From the NCBI RefSeq assembly GCF_000315625.1, contig NW_005434568.1:58989-110934 (forward strand): DNA of 51,946 nt, given 5' to 3'. The notes under the pieces are model-generated. The model searched no databases. It had not been told where the DNA came from and saw nothing but the letters and a program-made list of their open reading frames with translations. Position 1 is the first letter of the stretch. Each line of letters starts with the position of its first letter. Positions 1 through 12,833 of the stretch are shown in pieces. The DNA comes from Guillardia theta CCMP2712 (taxonomy: Eukaryota > Protista > Cryptophyta). The translations under genes were made by a program, and so were the position numbers.

Positions 1-40
1 CATCTCTTCATTTCTTTTCTCTCACCTCTCACATTGCCAG

Positions 41-435
41 AGGGTTCGCCAGAGAGTTTCTCAAGGACCTGGAGAGAGCAGACCCGACCACGGTGATTCT
101 CCTGCTCTTCCTTTCGCTTTTCCTCTTGCTACGGCTCCCACTCCTGTTTCTACTGCAATTCATCCCTCCTCCTCCTCCTGCACCTCCTCCTGCTCCTCCT
201 CCTTCTCCACTTCCTCCTCCGCCGCCGCCGCCGCCGCCTGACCGTCTCCTCCAGGGTCCTCAACATCATCCGCAGCGGCGAGATGGTGTCGGCGCGCGAG
301 ACGTTCCGCATGCCATCGCAGGGCAAGTGTGAGAGGTGCGGCTACATCAGCAGCCAGCGCCTCTGCAAGGCTTGTCTCCTCCTCGACGACCTCGATGCCA
401 AGAGGAAGGCGGCCATGATAGCCTACGAGACTTGA
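41..435 (+). CDS. CTU1: Cytoplasmic tRNA 2-thiolation protein 1, last two exons (gene begins before window)
   Basis: Exons ~41-92 and ~256-435 give [26 protein letters not shown]...[22 protein letters not shown], the conserved CTU1/Ncs6 C-terminus with CxxC...CxxC zinc ribbon. Stop TGA 433-435. The junction is one base off canonical (see findings). Confidence 0.9.
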
Positions 436-539
436 GGGTGGCATGTAGCCTTATGAGCCTCTCCAAGTTCCCAAGTGCCGAGCAGGCTCGGAGCCCGGCA
501 AGGCTGTCCGAGTCCGATCTAGTATGCAAGTCGACCGCC

Positions 540-880
540 TAGTCACAGTAAACCGCAGTATTGCTCACTGAGGCCGGACGAAGCTCACTGAGGCCGGACT
601 CGCCGCCGATCGGACGGCGTACGGTACGGGCCCGGGTATGATGATCATGCGCCGGACTCGAACTTGAAGACCTCGGACCCCCCGCCGCCCCCGGGGCCGG
701 GCAGTGCCGCCGTACCGTACGGTAGCGGCCTCGGCTTCCGGTCCCGGCCGGGACTCGGGAGTCACGGTAGTACCGGGCGGCCGATGCAGTACGGCCCGGC
801 GGTGACGAAGTACTCAGGCCATCACTATACATGATGGCTACCGTCATTGGGTACCGCAGAAGATGGAAGACCTCAAGTTG
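540..880. promoter_or_regulatory. GC-rich palindromic intergenic island 1
   Basis: CpG-dense non-coding tract: direct repeat GCTCACTGAGGCCGGAC (563, 583), AACTTGAA (661), palindrome TACCGTACGGTA (713-724), TCAAGTT (873). Regulatory role inferred. Confidence 0.5.
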
Positions 881-1248
881 TGAGTACCGCGGATGCTGGT
901 AGAAATTTTTTTTTCATTTATTTCCCAAGGGGTGGGGTATGACTAGTAGAAAGGGTGGGCATAAATGGAGGGGTATCTTGAAACACTACCCACCTTTTAA
1001 CTTGGTTTCATGTGTTTAGTAGGTAGGTGCTTCAGATATTTATCCCAACATCTAGGTGGGTACTCCTGTACATGAGGGGGTAGAGGTGATAGAATTCCAG
1101 TGAGAAGGGGTAGGGGTCACCTCGCGGGGGTGTAGAGTGGACTAGACCAGAACCTGCGATTAAGAGGAGGATAGGTAGGGTACTACTTTTTCTGGTACCG
1201 GTACTTTTACTATTGAAATACCCCGCCATATCCTAGAGTGTCCACGGT

Positions 1249-1262
1249 GGGGTATATACCCC
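1249..1262 (+). promoter_or_regulatory. TATA-like element inside perfect palindrome GGGGTATATACCCC
   Basis: 14-bp palindrome ~60 bp upstream of the V-ATPase G ATG, at the end of a GGGT-rich array. Confidence 0.55.
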
Positions 1263-1317
1263 TACCCATTCTTGAATGCGCAACCCCCTAGGCAAGGAGA
1301 GCAGCGGAGCGGCGAGA

Positions 1318-2475
1318 ATGTCCAACCAGCAGGGGATCGATCGGCTGTTGCAGGCGGAGCAGGAAGCGACGGAGACCGTGCAGCGAGCGAGGAAGGGTAA
1401 GACGATGGTGCTCGCTTGCCTGCTGCGTTGACAGTTGTACATGCTCGAGATGTTGTGAGGGATGGAGAGGAGTGTTCTTTGAGAGCTGCTTTCATAATGT
1501 CTGGGGTGTAAGTCGTGCATGTCAATGCTTGAAGTTGTGAATGTTGCGTGCATTGTTGCCTGGTGTTTATGATTCTGTGAAACATGAGAACAGTTGTTGC
1601 TGCGTTCACACCATTGAAGTGCTGATGAAAGACTAATGAAAACTCTGATGGCGCACCTGATGCAAAGTTGACGCAAGTCCAGTGCGGTGCATCTTTCATC
1701 CGCTGCTCATGATGATGATTTTTCTTGATTTTTCTTGATTTCATTTCTTCATGGAGTATCTGTATAAATCGAAAATGTGTCGTTCCCGTAATCCTTGCAC
1801 GTTTGATATGTGGCAATGAGAAAACAATCATGTTTGTGGATTTCTGTTGTTGGTAGAGGTGTAGCGTTGCGACAAGAAGCCATGCTATGTCGAGTGTCGT
1901 TGTATGTTGTTTGCCATGTTGAATATAGAAGTGTTGTACAAGCATGCTTTGTCTCTGAGCATGCGAGTGAATGGACAACGCGGCATCTTCTTACATGATT
2001 GCCTACAGCCAAGGCCGCTCGTATCAAGCAGGCCCGCGATGAGGCAGCGGAGGAGATTAACAAGTACAGACAGCAGCTAGAGATGGAGTACCAGAAGGTT
2101 CAGTCATCGGTGAGACCCTCGCACTCTCCGCCCTCCCCCCTGACGTCGATGCCGCAGGGGATGACCATCTCCGACAAGTCTGCTCGCTTGAACCAGGAGA
2201 CTGAGGGGCAGCTCATGGAGATCCGCAGGAGTGCCGAGGTTCGTTGAGGACAAGGAGGAGGGGAGGGGAAGAGGGAATGAAGAAGATAGGAAGGAGGAGG
2301 AGGGGAGGAGAGGCAGGGGAGAAGGAGATGGCAAGACAGGAGCGGGGGAGGGAGGGCCCCGGCCCGTGAGAAATGCGAGTGGAGGTCTGACTTGTTTGGT
2401 CAGGCGAATCGCGTCAACGTCGTGCGTCAGATCCTGGCGTGGGTCTCGTCGGTAGATACGAACCCTCCCAAGTAG
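1318..2475 (+). CDS. VMA10: V-type H+-ATPase subunit G
   Basis: Four exons (1318-1396, 2009-2109, 2158-2238, 2404-2475), all GT-AG and in frame: MSNQQGIDRLLQAEQEATETVQRARKAKAARIKQARDEAAEEINKYR..., ~110 aa, typical subunit G. AATAAA at 2516. Confidence 0.95.
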
Positions 2476-2663
2476 ATGCGAGTGAGGGATGAAAGCCGGG
2501 CGGGCCTTGGGACGGAATAAACCTTGGCTATAGCGTTTGTGGAAGGAACCGGGACACGATTCTTGCTCTCTTTCTTGTGTTGGTGCTCGCTGCTTGCAAG
2601 GTAACACTGAGAAGCCCTGAGGGCCTGGCTAGAGAGCAGGAGGGCGACAGCTCGTAGCTCCTC

Positions 2664-5600
2664 CTAGGCCTCGGGCACATGGACTGCCAGCAGAGGCATG
2701 TCGATGATCTGAGAGGGAGTGAGCGAGTCGAGGGCAAGAGGAGGAGGACGGACCTTGATGTCGGAGTTGAGATCCATCTTGACGATTCCATCTACAGCAG
2801 GATGGTGAGCGGGAGAAGTCGAAAGTAGAGCAGGTGGGGGATCACAGAAGAGGGGAAAGGCAGGAGGTGGGAGGAGGGTTGATAGTGAGAGGGGAGGATG
2901 CGTTTCCGACCTCTTCCATCGATACCGATGAGCTTTCCTGTGCTCCCCTTGAGCTCTCCCTGCAATCCTTCAGACGAGAGCATCCGAGACAAGAAACTTC
3001 ACCTGTAGGATAATGACGGAAGAGTTCTTCTGCGGCACAACCTGCACTACCACATGAGCTGACCGATCGCATCGTCCTCTCGTCTCCCCCCCAGCTCCGC
3101 TCCGCTTCCCCCACTCCTCTCAGTTCCCAGATCGCCCCGCCATCCGTCTCTCCCCCCACCCCATCCTCCTCTCCACGGGCTCCACCGCTTCGAGGTCCTC
3201 CGCCGGCACCATCTGACAGGCAAGCCAGTCAGTTTGACACTTCGCACGCAGCAGCTGAGTACCGTTGACTGTCCTCCTTGCATCTCGACTTTGCAGTCGG
3301 GGCCCTGCATATCTTTGTCAATGACTCCTCCTCCTCCTCCTCCTCCTCCTCCTCCTCCTCCTCTGTGCCTTCCTTCACTCTTCTTGACCACCCTCTCTCC
3401 CCCCTCGCATCTTCCTCCTCCTCATCCCCCGACCTTGACTTCGACGACGACACCGGTGCGATCGATGAACTCTCCGGACACGATCCGGACTTCAATGCGC
3501 TTGAGGCACCAGTTGGACACCTGCACCAACTTCAGGCGAACCTGCCGGACGAGGAGAAGCATGCAAGACAAAGCCCAACTCCTCTACATGCTCCTCCTCC
3601 TCCTCCTCCTCCTCCACATCCTTCCTTCCTCCTCCTCCCCTCTCCTTCCTCCTCCCCTTTCCATCCGCTTTACCTGCGGTGCAGCTCTGACAGGAAAGTC
3701 TCCTCCTGCAGAATCTGGTCAAACAAGTTGCCGAGGGTGAACTAAGAGGGCAGACCAGGAGTCGCAGGAGTTTGCGGGGTACCCTGGTCGAAGGGAGTTT
3801 GACCTGTCTGCCAGTTGCCCTGGCCGTATCCGTAGGACTGCAAAGAGGAGGGTGAGCAGGCAGAACGAGACGAGGGGGAACAGGGCTGAGGTGAGCTTTG
3901 AGGGCGAAAAGATAGGTTATGTTCCCCGGAGGCGCAAGCAGGAGCACGAGCAGGAGAAGGTGCAGGAGAAGGGTATGAGGGGGAGGGGGAGGTGGAGGTG
4001 GAGGGGGAGGAGCAGCAGCATCAAAAGCAAGGGCAAGGGTCACCGCATAGCCTCCGGGAGTCGATGGAGTGAAGGGACTTGCTCCTTCTCCTGGGGTGGT
4101 TGGGTTGAGAGCTCCAGGCGTCTGAACGTAGTTGCTGCAGACACGTCAAGGGAGGTAATCAGGCACAGGAGATGAGATGAGAGGAGAGGAGAGGAGAGAG
4201 CTGGAATAGCAGCACAGGAGGAAGATATCAACCTGCTGTAACCACCATATGCCGTAGGAGTAGCTGGGGTAGCAGCGGGATGTTCGTAGGGTGAGGCCTG
4301 GGATGAGAGTGAGAGGTGGAGAGGAGAAGGAAATGGTCAGTCTACGTAGGCTCCAGGAGTAGCAGGAGTCCCGGCATCCCATGACTGAGAAAACAGTCAG
4401 CACGAGGTAAAAGAGAGTGAGGGAGGAAAGGAGAGGGAAAAAGAGACAGTTGGAGGCAAGCACGCTAAGGGAGCAAGACTCATGTTGCGCAACGGGTGAA
4501 GGGGAAGCAAGTAGGAGGGGTCAAGCGAGTGTACCGTGCTGTCGTGCATGGGGGTACCAGGAGTGTTGGGATCGAAGAAGTTACGAGGAGTTGAAGGCGT
4601 CCTAGTCTCAATATGTCATTCTCGTCCTCTTTCTCCTCCTCCTCCTCCTCCTCCTCCTCCCTCCCTCCCTCCCTCCCTCCCATCCTCTTCCCCTTCTCCC
4701 CTCATTCGACTTCCGTTCTATCTTCCTCATTTCCTATCCGCACAATCCCTAGCAGCCCATGGTCCTCAGCTCACCCTGGCTCCGCATAAGGGTTCGGCGT
4801 CTGGCTGCCATCGTGAGCAGGAGTGGAAGGAGTCCATGCAGGCGTCTGACTTCCGGCCTGTGTTCCCAGTCTCAGCTCCCGACAGTTCAGCAGGGACCAG
4901 TTCAGCTGGCCTTCACCTGGAAGTGATCGGAGGAGGGAGTCTGCGGGATGGCCATGTGGGAGGGGATAACACGCTTCTCATCTTCACAAGAAGTTAGTTA
5001 GTCTCCTCCTCTCCTTCTCTGGCTGCATTGAGTATAGAACCACATCCTCCTCTTCCTCCTCTCCCCTCCCTCCCTCCTCTTTGGCCTCACCGACGAGATC
5101 GACAACATCCGTCTTCTTCACAGCAACCTGCGCCACCCCTCATCGATCCACAGGTGATAGGTGCTCTGCTCTCTGACCTTCTTGTGAGTCGCATCAAGTT
5201 CAACGCGGCAGATCGCGTCCGTCTCCTCCTTGACAGTTCCCACCTGAGCTCCAGCTCTCACTCCCCTCTCCTCCCCAGACCCTCCTCCCCACCTTCCCCT
5301 TGTCGAAACCTCGGATGATTCGAACTCGCTTCCCCTCCCATGACGCTCCTCGTCCTCTCCCAGCTGCCCTGAAGCCTCCTGGCTGCATCGCACCGGCTCC
5401 TCCCATGCCTCCAGGGAAGCCTCCTCTCCCCGCGTCTCCCATACGGCCAGGGATGAGAGAAGCTGCGCAAGCTCGTCAACCTCAGCGCGAAAGACCCCAG
5501 AGGCTCACCGGCTCCGCCGAGGGTGTTGGTGGGATCGTTTTCCTAGGGGCAGAGGTCAGCTCCAGCAACGCCCCTCACTCCCTTCACCTTGTGCTTACTC

Positions 5601-8205
5601 TGACCCATCAGCACACACTGCCTCGACCTCATCACAAACATTCCTGAAGGTAGTTCCCATCAGTCAACCCTCCGTCCCCTCCCGTCGGCGTCCCCTCCCC
5701 TGCCCATCCTCCTGTCCTCCCGTCCTCACTTCCTCCACTCCCACCTGCATTCTCCATCCTTGCAGGCGAATACAGGAACAGGAAGGCGCGGAAGATGTGG
5801 CGGACAGTTCCTGTCTTGCCCTTCATCGGGCCATCTCCCACGACCCTCACGACGTCTCCCTGTCAGTCCTGCCCGTCAGCTGCAAGTGAAACTCCCAGCT
5901 CCTCCCCACCTGCGCGATCGTCTGCTGCTCCCCGTCAAGAGCAACAGCTGTGGCGCTCTTCTTGTGCGGCTGGACATCAGCAGGGCGGACAGCTCGGATC
6001 TTCCCGTAGTTGTCGAGGACCTGCCAGTCAACATCACAGGCCATCGCTCCTTCCCCCACGCGTCAAACGCACTTGAAGCGTATCCTTCTCCAGCTGAACG
6101 ACTACCCCGACAGAAGGCATCGTCATCGAGGAGGAAGCAGATTCTGCAGGTCAAGCGCATCAGCAGGTCTGTCCGTTGAAGACAAGAGGAAGGACCGAGC
6201 AGGACAAGATCATAGAGGCGGAAAGCGCCGACGACATCCAGGCCCGAGCTCACCTAGAGTGCAGGAGTGAGGGACGCGAGGAGGACTCGCCGAGGAGGCG
6301 AGAGGAGTAGGATAGAAGGAAAGAGGACGGGCGAGATAGATGAAAGAGGAGAAAAGTTACCTCGTTGGTGTCCTGCAGATCGGAAGAGAATACGAGGATT
6401 TCCTCGCGGTTGACGTCGGTCAGGATGTAAATCGTCTCTCCCTCCACTCGAACAACAGTTCCAGTCACTCCTGCTCGTCTGCCATTGACAACCTGCAGTA
6501 GACCATCATGTCTTTGAAGCTCGAGGCAAAGAGAATGAAGAAAGGAGGAAGGAGAAAGGGAGGCAGAGGAAGGAGAAAGGAGGAGGGAGGAAGTAGGCGA
6601 ATCGAACAAGTCCGAGGATACCTTGACATGGTCACCAGCTTCGAAGTATTTCTCGAGCTCTTCCATGTTGAACTCCAATTTCTGCTTGATCGCCTCGTGG
6701 CGCGGCCGAATGATGACCCTCTTGCCGTCTATCGAGTCGACGTCTCCCAGCAAATCTCTCAGCTCTCCTTCCTTCACGCGCACAACATCTCCTTTGTTCA
6801 AGATAACTTTGCGCTTGTGGATAGACGTCAGGTGTGTCATGGATCGGTTCGGGAGCCCGTCCTCAGTCTTGGCGTCTTGTTCAAAGATTTTGAGATCGTC
6901 TAACTCCGGTTGGATGTCACTCCCGAGAGTGAGACTCTGCGAAAGCAAATGTGAAGACAACACAAGGCAACGCAAGCTCGGCTCACCTTGACTGCAAACC
7001 ATTTCTTCACGAATCCTCCGCCGGTGAAGGTAAAATCGCCGTCAACAGTGTAAACGTTGTCTCCAGAGCTCTGGTCTCGATGATTCTCGATTCCCCACCT
7101 GACATATGAGATCAGCATGACTGCACCATCGCACACACATCAAAGCAGCCTACTTGTCAAGATCAGACTCGCCGTAGTTGTCGGGGTTGAAGAGCCTGCG
7201 CGGCGGGATGAACTTTGACCTGCGTTTCTTCGCCTCTGAATCATCGAAGGCGCTGTAGTCGTTGGTGTCAACCCTCGGGACAAGTTTGACTTCCACCTGA
7301 AGACAGCAGGTCAGAGCGGGGACGAGGGAAAGGGACACTCCTCATACCTCATTCCGGTTGTGTTCGACAGCCAGCACTTGCACGATGTCTCCCTTGTACT
7401 TGCCACGTCGGACACGCGCCCAACCACCAGGCTGAGCGCTGAGAGACTTCTTGATGATGACGACGGTGTCTGTCATCTCCTTCACGGGAACAAGCTTCAT
7501 CTTTGTGGCGTAGACTCCTCGAAGGCCGCTGAGAGCCTCCTTGACAAATGCCTCCTTGTACGCCTCGACATAGATGTAGCCGAGAGACTGTTCGTTCCAG
7601 TATGCGCAAGTAATATGAATCGGTTTGCCTTCTTTGGCCAACGTGACAAACTTGTTCATTAGCTGAATCACCAGCGTCTTCTCAGTTCCATTGGCAACTT
7701 TAATACACCACACTTTTGGGTCTTTGGTTGCATCAGGAAGCCTTGCGTTCTTGACGTTCTCGTCGGTGATGCCGTCTAGAGCTTCATCATCATGCATGGC
7801 GCCGCGGTATCTGGCATCAAGATCCTCTTGTGTCAGATCGGCAGTTAAGAAGTCGTGCCTCCTGTAACTGTTGCGCATCTGTGCAGCCATCTTTTCAGCC
7901 TCGTTGTCGCTGAGTTCTTCTTCTCCATCACTATCTTCATCTCTTCGAGATTTCTTTGACTTCTTCCTCTTCTTTCTGTCATCTTCCTCCTCCTCCTCAT
8001 CGTCGTCATCGTCAGCAGCGTCGTCCACGTAGTACGAGCGTGATCGTTTTCCTTTCTTCTTACCTCTCGACTCCTCGCGTTCGTCTTCCTCCTCACTTTC
8101 TTCATCAGCCTCTACCTCCTCGTCTTCGTCGTCGTCCTCTTCTGCGTCTGAGTTCTTCCTGTCCTTGGAAGCACGTCTATCGTCATCACTGTCGGACTCT
8201 ACCAT
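2664..8205 (-). CDS. SPT5: Transcription elongation factor SPT5 (multi-exon)
   Basis: Acidic N-terminus, NGN domain (KVWCIKV...GYIYVEAYKE), KOW motifs (GGWARVRRGKYKGD, KGDVVRVKEGEL, GKRVRIIRGFDKG), TP-rich CTR (TPSTPRNFFDPNTPGTP) and C-terminal KOW (GSTGKLIGIDG/DGIVKMD). Exon 1 is 7348-8205; stop TAG at 2664-2666. Confidence 0.95.
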
Positions 8206-8685
8206 GTTGCGGGTCGAACTGTTTCAAACGTGCATCAGCGATCAAGAAGTGATCAACAATGGTGGAACACTGTACACTTATGAGTGCAACGGCACTTACA
8301 CGACATGAGAACGAGAAACAAGCGATGAGGGTGTGACTCAACCATGATAGGAAAATATCGAGTGATATGTGCGCCATGAAAACAACAGGGCAGACCAGAA
8401 GGAGAAAACAGACGTGTTCAAAGATGAATGAAACGAAAATGGGGAAAGGAAGGTTCTGGAATGGGAGTGATGATGTTTTGTGTGTTGAGGGGAGAAAGAA
8501 GAGGAGAGGGAGCTAGATAAACAAGGCGTAGTAAGGCAGCACGGCAGTATGAGAGTACGAGAGGGAAGTCAGAACAGGAGACGAGGGGTGAAGGAGGGAT
8601 GAGGGAGTGCAAGAGCAGATGTTGAGTAAGGAGTTAAGAGTTAGGAATAGGCCAAGCAGAGGTACTGTGGGGAGATCGGGAGGAA

Positions 8686-8815
8686 GAGACCAAGAAGGGA
8701 GGAGGGAGGAAGTTACAAGAGACCAAGAAGGGAGGAGGGAGGAGGGAGGAAGTTACTAGAGACCAAGAAGGGAGGAGGGAGGAAGTTACTAGAGACCAAG
8801 AAGGGAGGAGGGAGG
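8686..8815. repeat. Tandem repeat, ~33-40 bp unit x4 (AGAGACCAAGAAGGGAGGAGGGAGGAAGTTAC)
   Basis: Directly visible upstream of the SPT5 ATG. Confidence 0.85.
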
Positions 8816-9189
8816 CAGAAGGAGGGAGGGAGAGCATCAGAACGAGGGAAGGAGATCGTGTGGGAGGGAGAGGAGTAGCGTGAGGGGGGGAAGGGAACAT
8901 GGTGGCAGAGCGAGCGAGGATAATGAAGCAACACAGTGGTAGGGTAGTCTTCCAGCTACCGGTGTGTAAATCACCCCTACCACATCTTTGACTGCAATCA
9001 ACAGTACATTTATGGGGTAAGAAGGCCAGACATGCATCGTCAGGGAGGGTACGGTGCTGAGACATGGACCGGGTAGCATACTACCCCACCCTACAAATAA
9101 ACTGAGCAGACGAGGACTCAGGATGAGGGGGTGATGTTTGTAGTACCGGTGCATTGCTAGTCATAACCACCGGTGATAAATATTCCTTC

Positions 9190-9545
9190 CTTGTAAAACT
9201 TCAAGTTCCAAACTCCCGTGAGAGTCACAGAGTCAGCCCGGGCCGCCGCCGCCGGAAACCGCCGGGCCCGGAACCTCCTTTACTCAACTCGGCGTTGCGT
9301 TATATACTTCGGAGCCGGGAACCTGAGCCTCGGAGTACGGGACCGTGAGTGAACGACTCAGTCGAACCGGCGTGGCCCGCCGGTGGCGGCGGCCCGGAGT
9401 CACTGGCAGCCGGCCGGGCCAGGCCAGGCCCCCGGCCCGGGGCCCGGCGCTCAGTGCGGCCCGGCCGGCGGCCGCGGCCCGCCGATGTCACCTTCCGAGT
9501 TCCGAGTTCCGAGACTCACGCCGCGGCGCCGCCCTACGTCGTCCC
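9190..9545. promoter_or_regulatory. GC-rich palindromic intergenic island 2
   Basis: AACTTCAAGTT (9197-9207), many CCGG/GGCC and GAGTCA/GACTCA words; lies between divergent SPT5 and Zn-cluster copy A1. Confidence 0.5.
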
Positions 9546-9765
9546 TATTGTAGCTGTTGCTGTCCTTTCAGTGCGCTTGTGCACAGAGCCACTGACCTGA
9601 GGTGAGGCTCCGGATCAGAGTCATTAGTTGCCTAAACCCCGAGCCGTGGCAAACAGAGCGGGGGCAAATCCCCCTAGACCCCATCCTTGCCCCGGTTCCC
9701 CCAAGAAACACCTTGCAAAGTCCTTTCTTAAAAAGGAAAAAAAAATCCGGGGGGGGGGGGGGGGT

Positions 9766-9882
9766 GAGTAAAACTCTAAAAGTTAAGATCGTGGTACAAA
9801 TTATAATATTATTGACTCTGAAAACCAAACGGTAGTAAGGTTAAAAACCGCCGTGTAACGGCAGGGACAGCTAATCCTACCC
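9766..9882 (+). repeat. Dispersed upstream module, copy 1 (inverted copy at 25404-25547)
   Basis: Blocks TAAAACTCTAAAAGTTAA..TGGTACAAATTAT..TGACT and TAAGGTTAAA..CCGCCG.GTAACG.CA match the reverse complement of 25404-25547. Confidence 0.8.
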
Positions 9883-10089
9883 TATTTCAAATCCTCAAAC
9901 ACGCCACCCCCCAATCCACCTAGAAAGCAGAACAACCCCCCCCCCCCCCCAGAAAAGCAAAATGACAACGCTTCACTACATGACCATTTTTTTTTTCCGA
10001 AACACGGTACGAAATACTCCGAAGCCAGGAGCTAACGAGGGAGGAGCGGAGGAGGGTGGGGGTCATAGGGTCAGTGAGAACGGCGAGCC

Positions 10090-10593
10090 ATGCAGGGCGG
10101 ACTTCTGTCCACGCAGCCTTCGCTCTGTGCTAGCAGCAGCAGCCTCCATGGCTCCTGGTGCTCCCCCCTCGAGGACGCCATCTCCCACATGGTCGTACGG
10201 GCCGATGACCTCCTCTCCTTCATCGACTTCGCCGAGCTTGACGTCGATCTTGACGACCAACACTGCCTGGCAGCTTCGCCAGCGATGCAGGACATGGCAG
10301 TAGCGGCAGCTGCTCGGGAGCTACCGGAGGTCGACGACGCACCAGCCTCCCCAGCCATCGCGGCTGCTCAGCCAGGCGCGGTGGTCCGACCGCAAGAGCT
10401 TGCGCTGGCCGAGGACAAGACAAGGAGGAACTACACCAAACAAGCTTGCTTGGCGTGCAAGCGGAAGAAGCAGAAGTGCGAGGAAGGGAGGCCGTGCCAT
10501 CGCTGCATCAACGGGCTGAGGACATGTACGGACGTGGCACCGCGTCAGCGGAGGAGGCGGAGGGCGTGGGCTCGAGGAGTAACGCAAGGCTAG
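10090..10593 (+). CDS. Small Zn(II)2Cys6 (GAL4-type) transcription factor, copy A1
   Basis: CLACKRKKQKCEEGRPCHRCINGLRTC fits C-x2-C-x6-C-x5-C-x2-C-x6-C; start codon uncertain. Confidence 0.75.
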   Translation: MQGGLLSTQPSLCASSSSLHGSWCSPLEDAISHMVVRADDLLSFIDFAELDVDLDDQHCLAASPAMQDMAVAAAARELPEVDDAPASPAIAAAQPGAVVRPQELALAEDKTRRNYTKQACLACKRKKQKCEEGRPCHRCINGLRTCTDVAPRQRRRRRAWARGVTQG

Positions 10594-11374
10594 CTGCCTT
10601 CATGTTACAGGATAAGAGTAGAAGGAATTGCCGAGAGGAGTATCGAGATGATCGTTTGTGTGGACATCTAGAGGACATCATGGCACTGGAGATGGAGACT
10701 CTAAAAAAAGAATAAATGCATCTTCAGCTTTAAAAGAAAGAATTGTCTGCAGAATTTTCGTGAAAAGAAAGAATTTTCTGCCAAATATCCCACCTTGTTC
10801 ATTGCAGAGGTTGTAAATCTCTGCCCCCTTTTGGTTCAACCATGCAGAAAAGTGACGCACGAGCTTGTTGAATTACTCGGAATGGCAGAAGAGACAATTC
10901 CTTGTCACAATTCGTGTGTGAACGTGTAATCTTGCCCCATGCCCAGCATACAAGGCAACGCCACCGCTTGATTCGCTCAATGGCCCCAACACGGCCTGAT
11001 GGAACCTGACACAGAAACCAAGAAAAAGCCTCTTGCGGCATGAGAATAGCATAATCAAACAGAGTGGGAGAATGTCCCACCATTCATCCTTCTCCCTCCC
11101 TGTCACAGTGTTCTCCTATATTAGTATGCCGCTCGGACTGACCGTCCACAAGGCCAGTGCCGAGATGTGGCATGGAGTGCCAAAGTTGGAGGAGCAGCCA
11201 TCTTCGCAGACTGTCCGATGGCATGCCACGAATTACGTCAACCCGACCTGTAGCATACATCGTCTACAGTTTGTGATTATGTTGTCTTGCACGTTTGCAT
11301 TCGATTCAGGTGCTTACCGATATATCATTCGCGCAACAGCTGGTACATAAGAATGCGACGTTTCCCGACTTGCT

Positions 11375-11460
11375 CGAGGACGAGAGGCCATGCCATCGCT
11401 GCGTCAATGCACACAGGAAGTGCACGGACGACGACACGGAGAGCGTGAAGAGGAGAAGGC
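11375..11460 (+). pseudogene. 3' half of a Zn2Cys6 gene (copy B2, Cys4-Cys6)
   Basis: 83/86 nt identical to the reverse complement of 20593-20678; encodes EDERPCHRCVNAHRKCTDDDTESVKRRR. Confidence 0.85.
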
Positions 11461-12833
11461 ACACAACTAAGTCAATGTCATCGAGAATCTTTAGATTTCA
11501 CAAAGTATAGTATACTGCATGCGAACAATTCTACTTTCAGCTCTCAAGTCCGCATCAATCAACAAAGATGGATGTCAACGACTTTACTGGACGGACATGC
11601 AGTACGAGGGTATATGAATAACGGAAATACGACCGATGCTGTGCACCAGAAACCCTGGGCACCTGCTTTCCAGCTCCACAAGAGAAGAGACATTGCAAAC
11701 GACATTCGAAAGCCATTCAACACAGATCTTTGTTCTCGTCTCTGATTCTCTCGCTCTTTCCTAGAAAGGCGTTGGCGGATTGAGAAAGGATTCTCCAGAA
11801 CGACAGATGGAAGATACCAAGCCAGCTTTCCTCCGGGTAACTCATAGATAGGTTTTGTTGCAAACCTGGGCAATCATGCAAGAAATAACAGCGATGGGGC
11901 TGAAGGACACATTCGAACAGATCTCTTATATTTTAAGTCCCTTGTAGAGACCTGAAACAAGCTGCTTTGACACGCGTTCACTGTGGTCGAGTCATCAATT
12001 GACGGAGAACTGATAGGCAGATTGTGTGAAGTTGCGGGGTTATATGGGACAGCAACGAAAACAAATCGGCTACAGGTATCCCAGACTCTCTTGTTTGTTT
12101 TGATCTTGGTCGAAAAGATACAAACTAATGTGGGACTTGTTCCACAACGTAGCAAGGTGCACAGATTTGTTTATGTATCAGCAGTAGCAAGATAACGTAT
12201 GAGGGGACTGATGTGAGAGAGATGGTGAGGTAACGGGCAGCGCAAGTGGCCGCTCCTGCCCAGGCTTAAATAGTGTCGTAAATGATTTTGGTAATGTACG
12301 GTCAAGCCTCATGCTCGTAGTACTATACCTGTTGTATGTACTGAGTTTACGACTAGCCCCCAGGTCCATCGTACAGGATGCACCCTGCCACGTTGGGCAT
12401 GGTATGCACACAGTCGGTATGTGAGGTATTTCATATAAAACTTCATATTGCCCTTATAGTTTTCGCTATTTCGAAATGATGCTGTTCCATCGTTACAAGT
12501 GCAACGATGTCATGGGTACAACATCACAAACTTCATTAAACCAAGATTTACAAAGAACCTTGTCTGATTCCCTCCTCTTTCTTTTAGTCCATCACTCCAA
12601 GGTCTCATGGAAGTTTAAAAAATCCTACCTTCTCAACTTCCCTCGCTTCGAACAAGAGCACTTGCTCACAACCTTCCAAACAGTAGCAGCAAAGGTCGTT
12701 GTAATCATGAATCGCTTCAACATCGCGGAAAGGCCGACAGGGGCCGGTGACGAGCGAGGGGAAAGCTAGTAAGGCTTGTAGACAGAGGTTGGTGTCTCGT
12801 TCTTGAAGCTCCTCCAGCAGACAGCAGTTACAC

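Noticed and set aside
1397-2008. snoRNA in the long V-ATPase G intron (TGATGA and CTGA words; 9-nt match to 5.8S)
   Set aside because: Box spacing is wrong and such words are expected in TG-rich sequence
3047-7000. Many short ORFs antisense to or within SPT5 (likewise DOP1)
   Set aside because: Shadow frames of real exons or translations of CTC/GAG intronic repeats
9690-10000. Long G, C, A and T homopolymers as functional elements
   Set aside because: Look like low-quality read ends, same style as the gap flanks
10600-12800. Transposon or retroelement between the inverted Zn-cluster copies
   Set aside because: No transposase, RT or integrase motifs seen; the inverted repeats are coding sequence, with no TSD identified
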